From assembly GCF_004010195.1 (NCBI RefSeq), contig NC_057719.1, positions 10,675,490 through 10,695,489 on the forward strand: a stretch of 20,000 bases of DNA. Reading direction: 5' to 3'. Position numbers and translations under genes: made by a program. The DNA is from Chiloscyllium plagiosum (Eukaryota). The notes below the pieces were generated by a model. The model made no database searches and had not been told where the DNA came from. It saw only the letters and a list, made by a program, of their open reading frames with translations. Below, in pieces: positions 1 through 8,162 of this stretch. Every line of letters starts with the position of its first letter. Position 1 is the first letter of the stretch.

Positions 1-62
1 GAGATTTTCCAGCATTTTCTCTTTTGGTTTCAGATTCCAGCATCCATAGTAATTTGCTTTTA
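1..62 (+). mobile_element. 3' terminal fragment of a Penelope-like element end (cut by the window edge)
   Basis: gagattttccagcattttctcttttggtttcagattccagcatccatagt aligns by eye to 6899-6950, 1178-1225 and, more loosely, 8908-8958, each of which lies next to a hammerhead-like motif. Confidence 0.6.
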
Positions 63-63
63 T

Positions 64-390
64 ACCAAATGCCTTCTTCATTACCCTCTCTACCCGCAAC
101 TCCACTTTCAAGGAACTATGAACCTGCACTCCAAGATCTCTTTGTTCGGCAACATTCCCCAGGACCATACCATTAAATGTATAAATCCTGCCCTGATTTG
201 CCTTTCTAAAATGCAGCACCTCACATTTATCAAAATTAAACTCCATCTGCCACTCCTTGGCTCATTTGCCCATCTCATTAAGGTCCTGTTGTACTCTAAG
301 GTAATCTTCTTCACTGTCCACTGTACCACCAATTTTGGTGTCATTTGCAAACTTACTAACCATTCTTCCTGTAATTCTCACTTAAATCAT
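64..390 (-). mobile_element. CR1-clade LINE ORF2 fragment (RT C-terminal part), decayed
   Basis: Minus strand gives frameshifted KFANDTKIGG...MGK*AKEWQMEFNFDKCEVLHF, homologous to 4096-4240 and 11580-11730. Confidence 0.85.
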
Positions 391-391
391 T

Positions 392-645
392 GATACGACA
401 TGCAGTATTGAAGGAGAGCTTCATAAGGAGGGGTCCATCCTCTTGAAGCCTTGCACCTTTTTTTGAATGAACATGGGTTGCCTGTAGTTTTACGTTGCTT
501 TCTCTATGGTCATACCTCAGGCAATCAGAGACGACTTGCCAACCAATCAGCAACACTTTTCTCCTGTAATATAAATTGTGGTCATTGGTTAAAATTTTGC
601 ATTCTTGTGTCTGTCCTGATGAGTGCAAGATAAGATGCTTGAGTT
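392..645 (+). mobile_element. Penelope-like element 3' end/pseudo-LTR relic with CCAAT, TATA and a degenerate hammerhead
   Basis: CCAAT at 543-547, TATAAA at 570-575, then gtc-CTGATGA-gt-gcaag-at-aaga-tgctt at 613-640 (GAAA box decayed). Family assignment is from recall. Confidence 0.45.
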
Positions 646-650
646 TGCAG

Positions 651-948
651 AGGTTTAATGGCAATGTCACCAGATTAGTGTCTCGCGGTCATGGGTTCAA
701 ACCCCACCATAGCAGATTTGAATTCACATAATTTATAAAACATATATATAAAGTGGCCCAATAAGAAGCACTGGCAGTGTCATAAGGGACAAAAACTCAT
801 CTGGGTCACTCATGTACTTTCACAAGGAAATCTACCATCCCTACTGGGTTTGACCATTTGTAACTCTGGACCCAAATCAATGAGGGTTGAGGCTTATGAG
901 AAATAAATGCTGAGCTAGCAATGTATTTGTCTCATGAATGAATAAAGG
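651..948 (+). mobile_element. Old tRNA-derived SINE with a LINE-like 3' tail
   Basis: B-box-like GGTTCAAACCC at 694-704, degenerate A box at about 652-664. The tail aataaatgctgagc...catgaatgaataaa resembles the reverse complement of the LINE tail at 3412-3465. Confidence 0.6.
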
Positions 949-1004
949 AATAGGTCTCTGTTTTCAGCAAGATTCAAAAGGGAAATTAGAGGGTCTGATG
1001 GACT

Positions 1005-1022
1005 TCTCTCTCTCTCTCTCTC
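1005..1022 (+). repeat. (TC)9 microsatellite
   Basis: Perfect TC dinucleotide run. Confidence 0.9.
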
Positions 1023-1037
1023 AGCCATCCTCTTGAA

Positions 1038-1238
1038 CCAAAACAGAAATTGCTGGAGAAACTCATTAGGTCTGGCAGTATCTGTGGAGAGAAAACAGAG
1101 CGAACACTTTGAGTCCAGTGACTCTTCTTCAGAGCTGAACTCACAATGTCAGTTCTGTTTTCTTTCCACACTTGCTCAGTTTCTTCAGCAATGTCTGTTT
1201 TTCTTTCAGATCTTCAGCATCCGCAATTCCATGTTTTA
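1038..1238. mobile_element. Fold-back (inverted) Penelope-like terminal element with a degenerate hammerhead on the minus strand
   Basis: Arms 1040-1065/1176-1202 and 1083-1101/1152-1170 are imperfect reverse complements. Minus strand 1099-1136 reads CTGAAGA-A-GAGTC-ACTG-GACTC-AAAG-TGTT. Same family as 6759-6960. Confidence 0.7.
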
Positions 1239-1891
1239 CTTCACTCCTCTTTAAAATAGTTTATCTCAAGGCTGAATCGACAGTGTAAACTTGGTAAGTG
1301 AATGGAAGGAGAGAAAAGAGATTGAAGTAAACAGTTGTATCACATTAAATGTGACAATCACCATCTCTCCCAAAGTTCAGTGTCCTCAAAGTACCTTCTT
1401 AACAGGATTTAGAGTGTTCTCACACCCCAAGAACTGCAGCAAATCAGGCAAGCAATTCATCATTCCCCTGTCCTGGGCAATCACTGCATCTTAGACAGTG
1501 ACATCCACATTCTGAGAATGAATAAGTGCATCCTACCTGTGATTTTCTTAACAAATGTTAAATTCACCATTACGCAATGATATGAAATTAAAGAAAAACT
1601 AAACAGGACAATAGGCAATGATCCCCAGCTTTTGTGGAATAGTATTAATTCCACTCGAATTACCTTTAAACAAATATTATGAAAAATTATTTACTGTAGA
1701 TAACTTTATTCTCTTTTCTTTGAGAAGACGCTGCTCCCTGCATATCAAATTGGTAAAGCGATCATATATAGAACCACTTGAAGGTGGAATTACTCAGATA
1801 TAATTGATGTCAGCCTCCAATTAATTTTCCGAGTCATTGGAATGAGTGTTCCCTCGCATGTTACCCTGTTTGAACTATAAATTCTCTTCAG

Positions 1892-1981
1892 CACTTGCTG
1901 TAATCCTGCAACGTGCACAATTCCCTCAACAATGCGTTTATGGAGAGTTGTCTAACTTCCATGAGGCTCGAACAGTAAAAG
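1892..1981 (+). CDS. Candidate 90-nt internal exon of an unknown gene (weak)
   Basis: ttctcttcAG acceptor at 1890-1891 and AAG|GTATGT donor at 1982. Only one frame is open (phase 1-1: LAVILQRAQFPQQCVYGELSNFHEARTVK). No protein family recognised. Confidence 0.2.
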
Positions 1982-2274
1982 GTATGTTTCACTTACTGCC
2001 CAGACAGAAATAAAAGAAGGGTTAAGAAAGGAATGAATATCACTTTCCAAATTCCAGAGAGGTGTTGGTCTTCCACAGACATATCAATCTCTGGTTGGGT
2101 GCTACACTTGGAATCACAGTGTGTCAATACTTCAGTGACATTGTCTTTATTACAATCCTTAAAAGACTAGCAGGATTTTCATGGTTTCTATGCAAAGGTT
2201 GTCTTTGAAATAACTGTGCAACTATAATGCTAATAATATTGTCAATTTTTTAAGCAACTCGCTAGAGATATTTT

Positions 2275-2312
2275 ATGGAATCATACAGCACAGGAGACCA
2301 TTCAGCCCATTG
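2275..2312 (-). mobile_element. Short CR1/SINE-type 3' tail fragment
   Basis: atggaatcatacagcacaggagaccattcagcccattg resembles the reverse-complemented tails at 7583, 13999 and 19732. Confidence 0.5.
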
Positions 2313-2339
2313 CCAAAATGGAAAAGAGTGGGGAGCTCA

Positions 2340-3400
2340 GGAAAATCACAATCTACAGAGAAGTGATGCTACGCCAATTGTTAGAGTTGCAGGCTGACAA
2401 GTACTTGGATCCTGATTGACCTTGACCTCGGGTCTTGAAAGAAATGGCTAGCAATACTCCTTCTAAGCTCTGCGACCATGCAGCTACTGGGACCTTCATG
2501 TCTACTGATCGATGAGCCAATGAATGACCTCTGATCTCTCAAAGGTCCACACAGCAGCAGGAGAAAAATTACAGGGACCATCAGTGACAGTTGATGTTTT
2601 AGTTTTATTTTCCAGAACTCCCGTGATTCTGGAATAGCTCCATTAGATTGTAAAAATGAATCAAATCCCTATTTTCAAAAAGGTAGGGAGACAAAATGAG
2701 GAAACTACAGCCCAGCAATCTTAATAACGGTTATAGGAAAATGTTTTAAGTGATGACAAAAGACATTATCAGCAGGGTTTTACTTAGATAAGGTGAGGGT
2801 AATCAGGCAGAGTCAATATGGCTTTGGAAAAGAGAAATTCTGTGTGGCCAATCCATTAGATTTCTTCAAGAAGGCAACAGACATGGATGAAGGGGAACTA
2901 GTAGATGTGCTGTACTTATATTTCTAGAAGGTATTCGAACAGGCATGATAAAGTGACACATCAAAGGTTGTTGTGGAAAATAAAAGCTCATGGTGTAGAA
3001 GTAACATGGCATGGCTGACTAATAAGAAATAGGGAGATGCTTATATGAATCTTTTGCAGGTTGACATGATAGGTGTGCCACAGGGATTCATGCCAGGTCC
3101 TCAGCTGTTTATAATTTATAGCAGTAATTTGGAAGAACAGAGAGAAATATGGTGCCACATTTACTAAGGACACAAACTAAGGAAGTTGTGAAATGGGCAC
3201 AAAGAGGTTGAAAAGAGATATAGATTGGTCAAGGGAATTGACAAACATGTAGCAACTGGAGTATAACCTAGGAAAGTATGAAAGTGTCCCTTTTGTCAGG
3301 AAGGATAAAAAGTAAGCATATTGTCTAATTTGTGAGAGATGCAAAGCTCTGAGGAGCAGTGGGATCTGGGTGACTTTGTGCATGAATTGCAAAAGACTAT
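2340..3400 (+). mobile_element. Highly decayed CR1-clade LINE ORF2 (RT) fragment with a ~145-bp interruption at about 2455-2590
   Basis: Frameshifted matches to ADK.PGPD...PRVLKEMA, FQNS.DSG, PIFKK, NY.P, QYGFGK, VDVLYL.F.K.F, collinear with 10900-11820. Confidence 0.8.
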
Positions 3401-3411
3401 TTTGCTTTGTC

Positions 3412-4060
3412 AATTGGTTGAATGTGGATGTCAATGGTTGGGTCAGCATTTATTGTCCATCCTTGAGCCCCTTGTCTCGAATTGAAGCTGGTCATTGCCT
3501 GGCATTTTTATGGATGTAAGGTTATTTACCACTTGTCAGCCCAAGCCTGGATGTTGTTCAGTTCTTTGTGCATTTGAAATGGATTGCTTCAATATCTGAT
3601 GAGTTGTGAATGGAGCTGAACATTGTACAAACATCCCCACTTCTGACCTTATGATGGAGGGAAGGTTATTGATGAAGCAGCTGAAGATGGTTAATTCTCG
3701 GACACTATCCTGAGGAACTCCTGCAGAGATATTCTGGAGCTGAGATGATTGATCTCCAACAATCACGACTGTCTTCCTATGTGTCAGGTATGATTCCAGC
3801 CAGCGCAGGGATTTTTCCTGATACCCAATAATTCCAGTTTTACCACAATTCAAATGCAGCATTGATGCTAATAATATAATGAAGCCTTGATGTCAAGGGC
3901 TGTCATTCTTACCTTACCTCTGGAATTCAGCCCTTTTGTCCATCTTTGAACTAAGGCTGCAAGGAAGTCAAAAACTGAGTCCTGGTGGAACCCCAACTGG
4001 GTGTCACTGAACAGGTTATTACTGAGCAGGTGCTGCTCGAGAGCACTATTGATGACCAAC
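3412..4060 (-). mobile_element. CR1/L2-group LINE fragment (RT core plus 3' tail, internally deleted), a different family from the HER1-like copies
   Basis: ORFs 3536-3862 and 3868-4104 give LFSDTQLGFHQ, TALDIKA, LRWLESYLTHRK, AGVPQDSV..TIFSCFINNLPSIIRSEVGMF. 3' tail is at 3412-3470. Confidence 0.85.
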
Positions 4061-4095
4061 ATTATGTTGATAAAGCAAGTATTTATAAAGCTACT

Positions 4096-4985
4096 ATGAC
4101 ACAAAGATTGGTGGAGTAGCAGAAAGCATAGAGACTATCAAAGAATACAGGAGAATATAGATAGACTGGAGAGCTAGACAGAGAAGTGGCAGATGGAGTT
4201 CAATCCGGGCAAATGTGAGGTGATGCATTTTGGGAAGTCTAATTCTAGAGCCAACTATACTGTAAATGGAAAAGTTGATGTGCAGAGAGACCTGGGAGTT
4301 CAGGTCCATCGTTACCCTGAAGGTTGCTGCACAGGTGGATAGAATGGTCAAGAAGGCATATGGTATGCTTGCCTTCATTGGACGGGCTATTGAGTATAAG
4401 AGCTGGCAGGTCATGTTAAAATTGTACAAGACTTTGGTTTGGCTGCATTTAGAATAGTGTGTACAGTTCTGGTCGCCACATTACCAAAAGGATATGGATG
4501 CTTTGGAGAGGATGCAGAGAAGGTTTACGAGGACGTATCCTGGTATGGAAGGTGCTAGCAATGAAGAGAGGCTGAGTAGGTTAGGATTGTTTTCATTAGA
4601 AAAAAGGAGATTGAGGGGGGAACCTGATAGAGGTCTACAAAATCTTGAAGGTTTTGGACAGGGTAGATAGAGATAAGCTTTTTCCCAGGTTGAGGGATTC
4701 AATAACGAGTAGTCACGTGTTCAAGGTGTGAGGTGAAAAGTTTAAGGGGGATATACGCAGCAAGTACTTTACACAGAGGGTGTTGGTGCCTGAAACATGT
4801 TGCCATCAGTGGTAGTAGAGGCAGGCATGGTAGATTCATTTAAGATGCATGAGTAGGTGGGGAGCAGAGGGATACAGATGCTTAGGAATTGGGCAATAGG
4901 TTTAGACAAAGGATTTGGATTGGCTCAGGGTTGGAGGGCCGAAGGGCCTGTTCCTGGACTGTAAATTTTCTTTGTTCTTTGTTCT
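4096..4985 (+). mobile_element. 5'-truncated HER1/CR1-like LINE, 3' ~890 bp with intact 3' UTR and (TTTGTTC)n tail
   Basis: DTKIGG, WQMEFNPGKCEVMHFG, KAYGMLAFIGRAIEYKSWQVMLKLYKTLV..HLE; tail hairpin ggccgaagggcc followed by tttgttctttgttc; candidate 5-bp TSD CTACT at 4091-4095 and 4984-4988. Confidence 0.92.
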
Positions 4986-5059
4986 ACTTGAATATTATTA
5001 TTGAACATGAAGGGATTTGAACACAATAATTGGGATGCTATTCTTCAGTTATACAAGGC

Positions 5060-5345
5060 AATGCCCCCTTACCATCACTGAATACTCCACAAACGCATCC
5101 TGGGAGTTACCATTGACCAGAAACTCAACTGGAACTAGCCATATAAACACAGTGATTTCAAAAGCAAGTCAGAGGCTAGGAATACAGAAGCGAGTAACTC
5201 ACTTTCTGACTCCCTAAAGCCTGTTCACCATTTATAAGGCACAAGTTAGGAATGTCAGGGAATGCTCCTCAGTTGCCTAGGTGAAACTTAACGCTATCCT
5301 GGACAAAGCAGCCTGTTTTGATTGGCACCACATCCACATACATTT
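5060..5345 (+). mobile_element. LINE ORF2 C-terminal fragment, probably the same family as 3412-4060 but in opposite orientation
   Basis: ILGVTIDQKLNW (frameshift) TSHINTVISKASQRLGIQKRVTHFLTP*SLFTIYKAQVR...ILDKAA. Confidence 0.8.
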
Positions 5346-6324
5346 ATGAGTGAATTAACAAAGAAATCTCTCTCAGCTGCTCATAATTGGGAATGCTGAA
5401 TTTTATGGTGACACGTGTGCATTGTGACTTTAAAATGTATTTGCAGTTTGAACGAAATAGTTCCTAAAATTTGAAAACTATCAGATTCTGACCATGAGCA
5501 GATCAGTGAACTTTAACGACTAACCTTTCAGTTCACTGCTTCAATCGACAAATCTAGTTACTTTTACCTGCTTAGAAACTGCTTGTCACTAACAGGTGAC
5601 AAGCTAATGACTGGCCTTTCTGAACTACAAATTCAGTGGCAATACGCTGTTATATAACAATGATGGTATCCTTCAATTTACTATTTGCATTTATTAGATC
5701 AGTGCAACAAAATATTGTCAAAACATGTAAATCGAGTGAAAAAAGGAAACAGCAATAAGGTAATAAGACATTGCTGTCTAAACTACCTTTCTGAAAACTT
5801 AGCATTTCATAAGGTGCTACATTTCTGGGCTGTGAAATCACTGCTCAGGAGGTAAACATGCCTGTACAGTAGGACTCATTTTATTTTACTTCACTCTGAA
5901 GACTCGCTCAGCTTTGCACGGCCTGTCCTCCTGCTGCTGGTGATAATTACTATAATTAAACCTTCACTTTTTTTTTGACTCCATCTGCTTTTGTTATCCA
6001 TGTCATGCCTACCAGTCATTTGCAACTGTATTACAGCACAGACTGAAACAACTGCAGAAACACAGCTTCTGAGATCAGGAATCAGTGCTGCATTGCGTTC
6101 GTAGTTTCTATCGCAACATTCAGCAATATTTCTATTTTGTATATTCCTAAATGATTGCACATTAGCATGAAGTTATTTGTGTGTAATAAATTTAATTTAT
6201 GGAACCAGAAAGAAATTCAGGAGAATTTCCTGGCTTCTTAAATGTCGAAGAGTCCCAATTAAATTCTGGCACTGTAGATTATTTAACCTTGCAAATTGCA
6301 TTGATCTTATCAAGGCTTCCACTT

Positions 6325-6455
6325 GCAATGCATCTTACAGTCTCTGAAAGCACTTCACATTGAGGCAATTAATTACTTTCAGGAACAGTGACAGTCAACA
6401 TTGTGGCTGAACATGGCAGCCATTTTGTGCATTGCACAGCTTGTACATTGTGAGA
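6325..6455 (-). mobile_element. Possible ancient DeuSINE (AmnSINE1/SacSINE1-like) core fragment
   Basis: aaagcacttcaca...aattactttc...acatggcagccattttgtgca resembles the recalled reverse-complement Deu domain. Cannot be verified from this window. Confidence 0.4.
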
Positions 6456-6619
6456 TGGATCTTGGGCTTAGTGAAGCATACATGTCTCTGAATAAGAAAA
6501 TACAGAATCTTCCCATACCTGGTGTCTACGTTTGGTTCTGGGTACCAGCCTTTAGCAAGGGTGTGCTGGTCTTGGAGAGCTTTACCGAATGATACTTTGA
6601 TGACTAAATAGCAGAGAGC

Positions 6620-6740
6620 TTTAGAATCCCTACAGTGTGGAAACAGGCCTTTTGGCCCAACATGTCCACACCAACCCACTGAAGAGTAGCCCACCCAGAC
6701 CCATTTCCCCTCCTACTCTACATTTACCCCTGACTAACAC
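6620..6740 (-). mobile_element. HE1-like (V-SINE) 3' fragment
   Basis: tacagtgtggaaacaggccttttggcccaacatgtccacacc...cacccagacccatt matches the reverse complement of 13372-13450 in the full SINE copy. Confidence 0.85.
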
Positions 6741-6758
6741 AAATTAAAGTTGCATTCG

Positions 6759-6960
6759 CAAAAACAGAAATTGCTGACAAAGCTCAGCAGGTCTGGCAGC
6801 ATCTGTGAAGAAGAATCAGAGTTAACGTTTCGAGTCCGGTGACCCTTCCTCAGAACTCATTAACGCTGATTCCTCTGTACAGGTGCTGCCAGACCTGCTG
6901 AGCTTTTCCAGCAATTTCTGTTTTTGTTTCTGATTTACAGTATCTGCAGTTATTTTGCTA
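6759..6960. mobile_element. Fold-back Penelope-like terminal element (~67-bp inverted arms around a hammerhead core)
   Basis: 6759-6825 and 6860-6926 are near-perfect reverse complements. The right arm continues into the tail also seen at 1-62 and 1200-1238. Confidence 0.8.
6819..6858 (-). ncRNA. Minimal type I hammerhead ribozyme with intact core
   Basis: Minus strand: GAGUU CUGAGGA A GGGUC-ACCG-GACUC GAAA CG UU AACUC. Helix I is 5 bp, helix II is 5 bp with one G-U, palindromic ACGU replaces helix III, cleavage triplet is GUU. Confidence 0.8.
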
Positions 6961-7042
6961 GCGAGTTTTGCAAAGATTTGTAGCTCAGGTTGAGGTTCTG
7001 AATGTAAATTTGCTCGCTGAGCTGGAAGGTTCATTTTCAGAA
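6960..7042 (-). mobile_element. Short terminal fragment of another probable Penelope-like family
   Basis: gcaaagatttgtagctcaggttgaggttctg...tttgctcgctgagctggaaggttcattttcaga is recalled as a recurrent shark repeat end. It stops before any hammerhead core. Confidence 0.35.
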
Positions 7043-7112
7043 GTGGTGTCCTTCCTCATTTGTGTGTAAGGATACTAGTGAGACTGTGAGTTTTTAAGCT
7101 ATATTCCCAAAT

Positions 7113-7870
7113 TTGCCACATCGCCTCTGCACTGCTCCCCATTTGTCTTATCCTCCTGCCCATGACAGATGGAAGTGTTGGTCACAGCTGGAATACCTTG
7201 GAATTCCTGGCATTGGTTCGGCCTTGGTTAGTGTGATAGCCATATCCCAGAGAACAGCCAGCGCTGCCGAAAGAAGGTCAATGATGTGCTCTGATCCACA
7301 AGGGGAAGTGCCAGCATCTTCTCTCTGCTACCTTGCATTCACTTGATTTCGGTGACTACATACACCTTCCCAGTGAGACTCACAGCCTGTCACTCTCATT
7401 ATGGTATGTAACATCTTCAATCATTCACTCTCACCCACACTGTCTCCCCAGACCACTAACCCAACATGGCCTCTGTACTGCCTACTGTCTCACGCGGGAC
7501 ACCTGACCACATTTCTGCCACTTGCACCAACACTACCAGCTGCGTCACCCACTTTCACCTCTCTCAATCCCTCCCTTTGTCTCGTAGAATCATACAAGAG
7601 ACCCTTCATCCCATCAAGTCTCTACTGCCAAAACATGGCTCTAAATCTACAGGAACCCTGTACTAGGCCCATGGCCTTGAGGGTTGTGGCATTTCAAGTG
7701 CTCATCTGGCTACTATTTAAAGGTTGTGACGTTTCCTGCCTCAAGCACCCTCCCAGGCAATGCATTCTGGGAGGAAATGGCCCATAGGGATGAAAGAGTC
7801 AAGACAGGTGGTGGGATGTCCAACATTCACCCCCATTGCCCCACTACAGGGAAGCTATTCCTCACCATGA
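7113..7870 (+). pseudogene. Relic of a PIF/Harbinger-associated Myb/SANT-like (NAIF1/MSANTD-like) gene in two exon-like blocks
   Basis: 7221-7303 gives ALVSVIAISQRTA (frameshift) QRCRKKVNDVL*STR. 7771-7830 gives EEMAHRDERVKTGGGMSNIH. These match the recalled RT..QC.KK.ND and ER.KTGGG signatures. Confidence 0.5.
7583..7770 (-). mobile_element. CR1-like LINE extreme 3' fragment inserted in the Myb/SANT relic
   Basis: tagaatcatacaagagacccttcatcccatcaagtc tail, plus tttaaaggttgtgacgtttcctgcctcaagcaccctcccaggcaatgcattc matching the reverse complement of the WNALP..VVEA region (compare 12285-12340). Confidence 0.7.
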
Positions 7871-8162
7871 GGAAACCCACTCTGACCATCCCAACTGACT
7901 GACTGGCCATGCCCAAGCCCTGGATTAGTATCAGAGATTGCCAGAATCTTCTGACTGAAGGCTATCTCCCTTGGCTTGAGTAAGGACTGCTCCCCTTATA
8001 TAGTGAGAATGACCATTTAGATGAGGGACATGGGCTGGTGTATATTGCTACCACATGGTGCAGGTGTGAGATTGATGCTGCCATAGACCAACATGCCCAC
8101 TCCTATGCCTGATGACTGCTGGCAACCAGGATAAGGTGTCTGACTTTTGCACTGAAAGACTA

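Noticed and set aside
1995..2040. Strong minus-strand splice acceptor (pyrimidine tract followed by gggcag)
   Set aside because: All three downstream frames reach a stop within about 45 nt, and no convincing donor lies before them.
5650..6160. ORFs 5650-5841 and 5891-6160 as host exons
   Set aside because: No recognisable protein and no consistent splice-site pair, and the lengths are within chance expectation.
7401..7787. 128-aa ORF
   Set aside because: It spans C-rich low-complexity sequence and an antisense LINE tail, with no recognisable domain.
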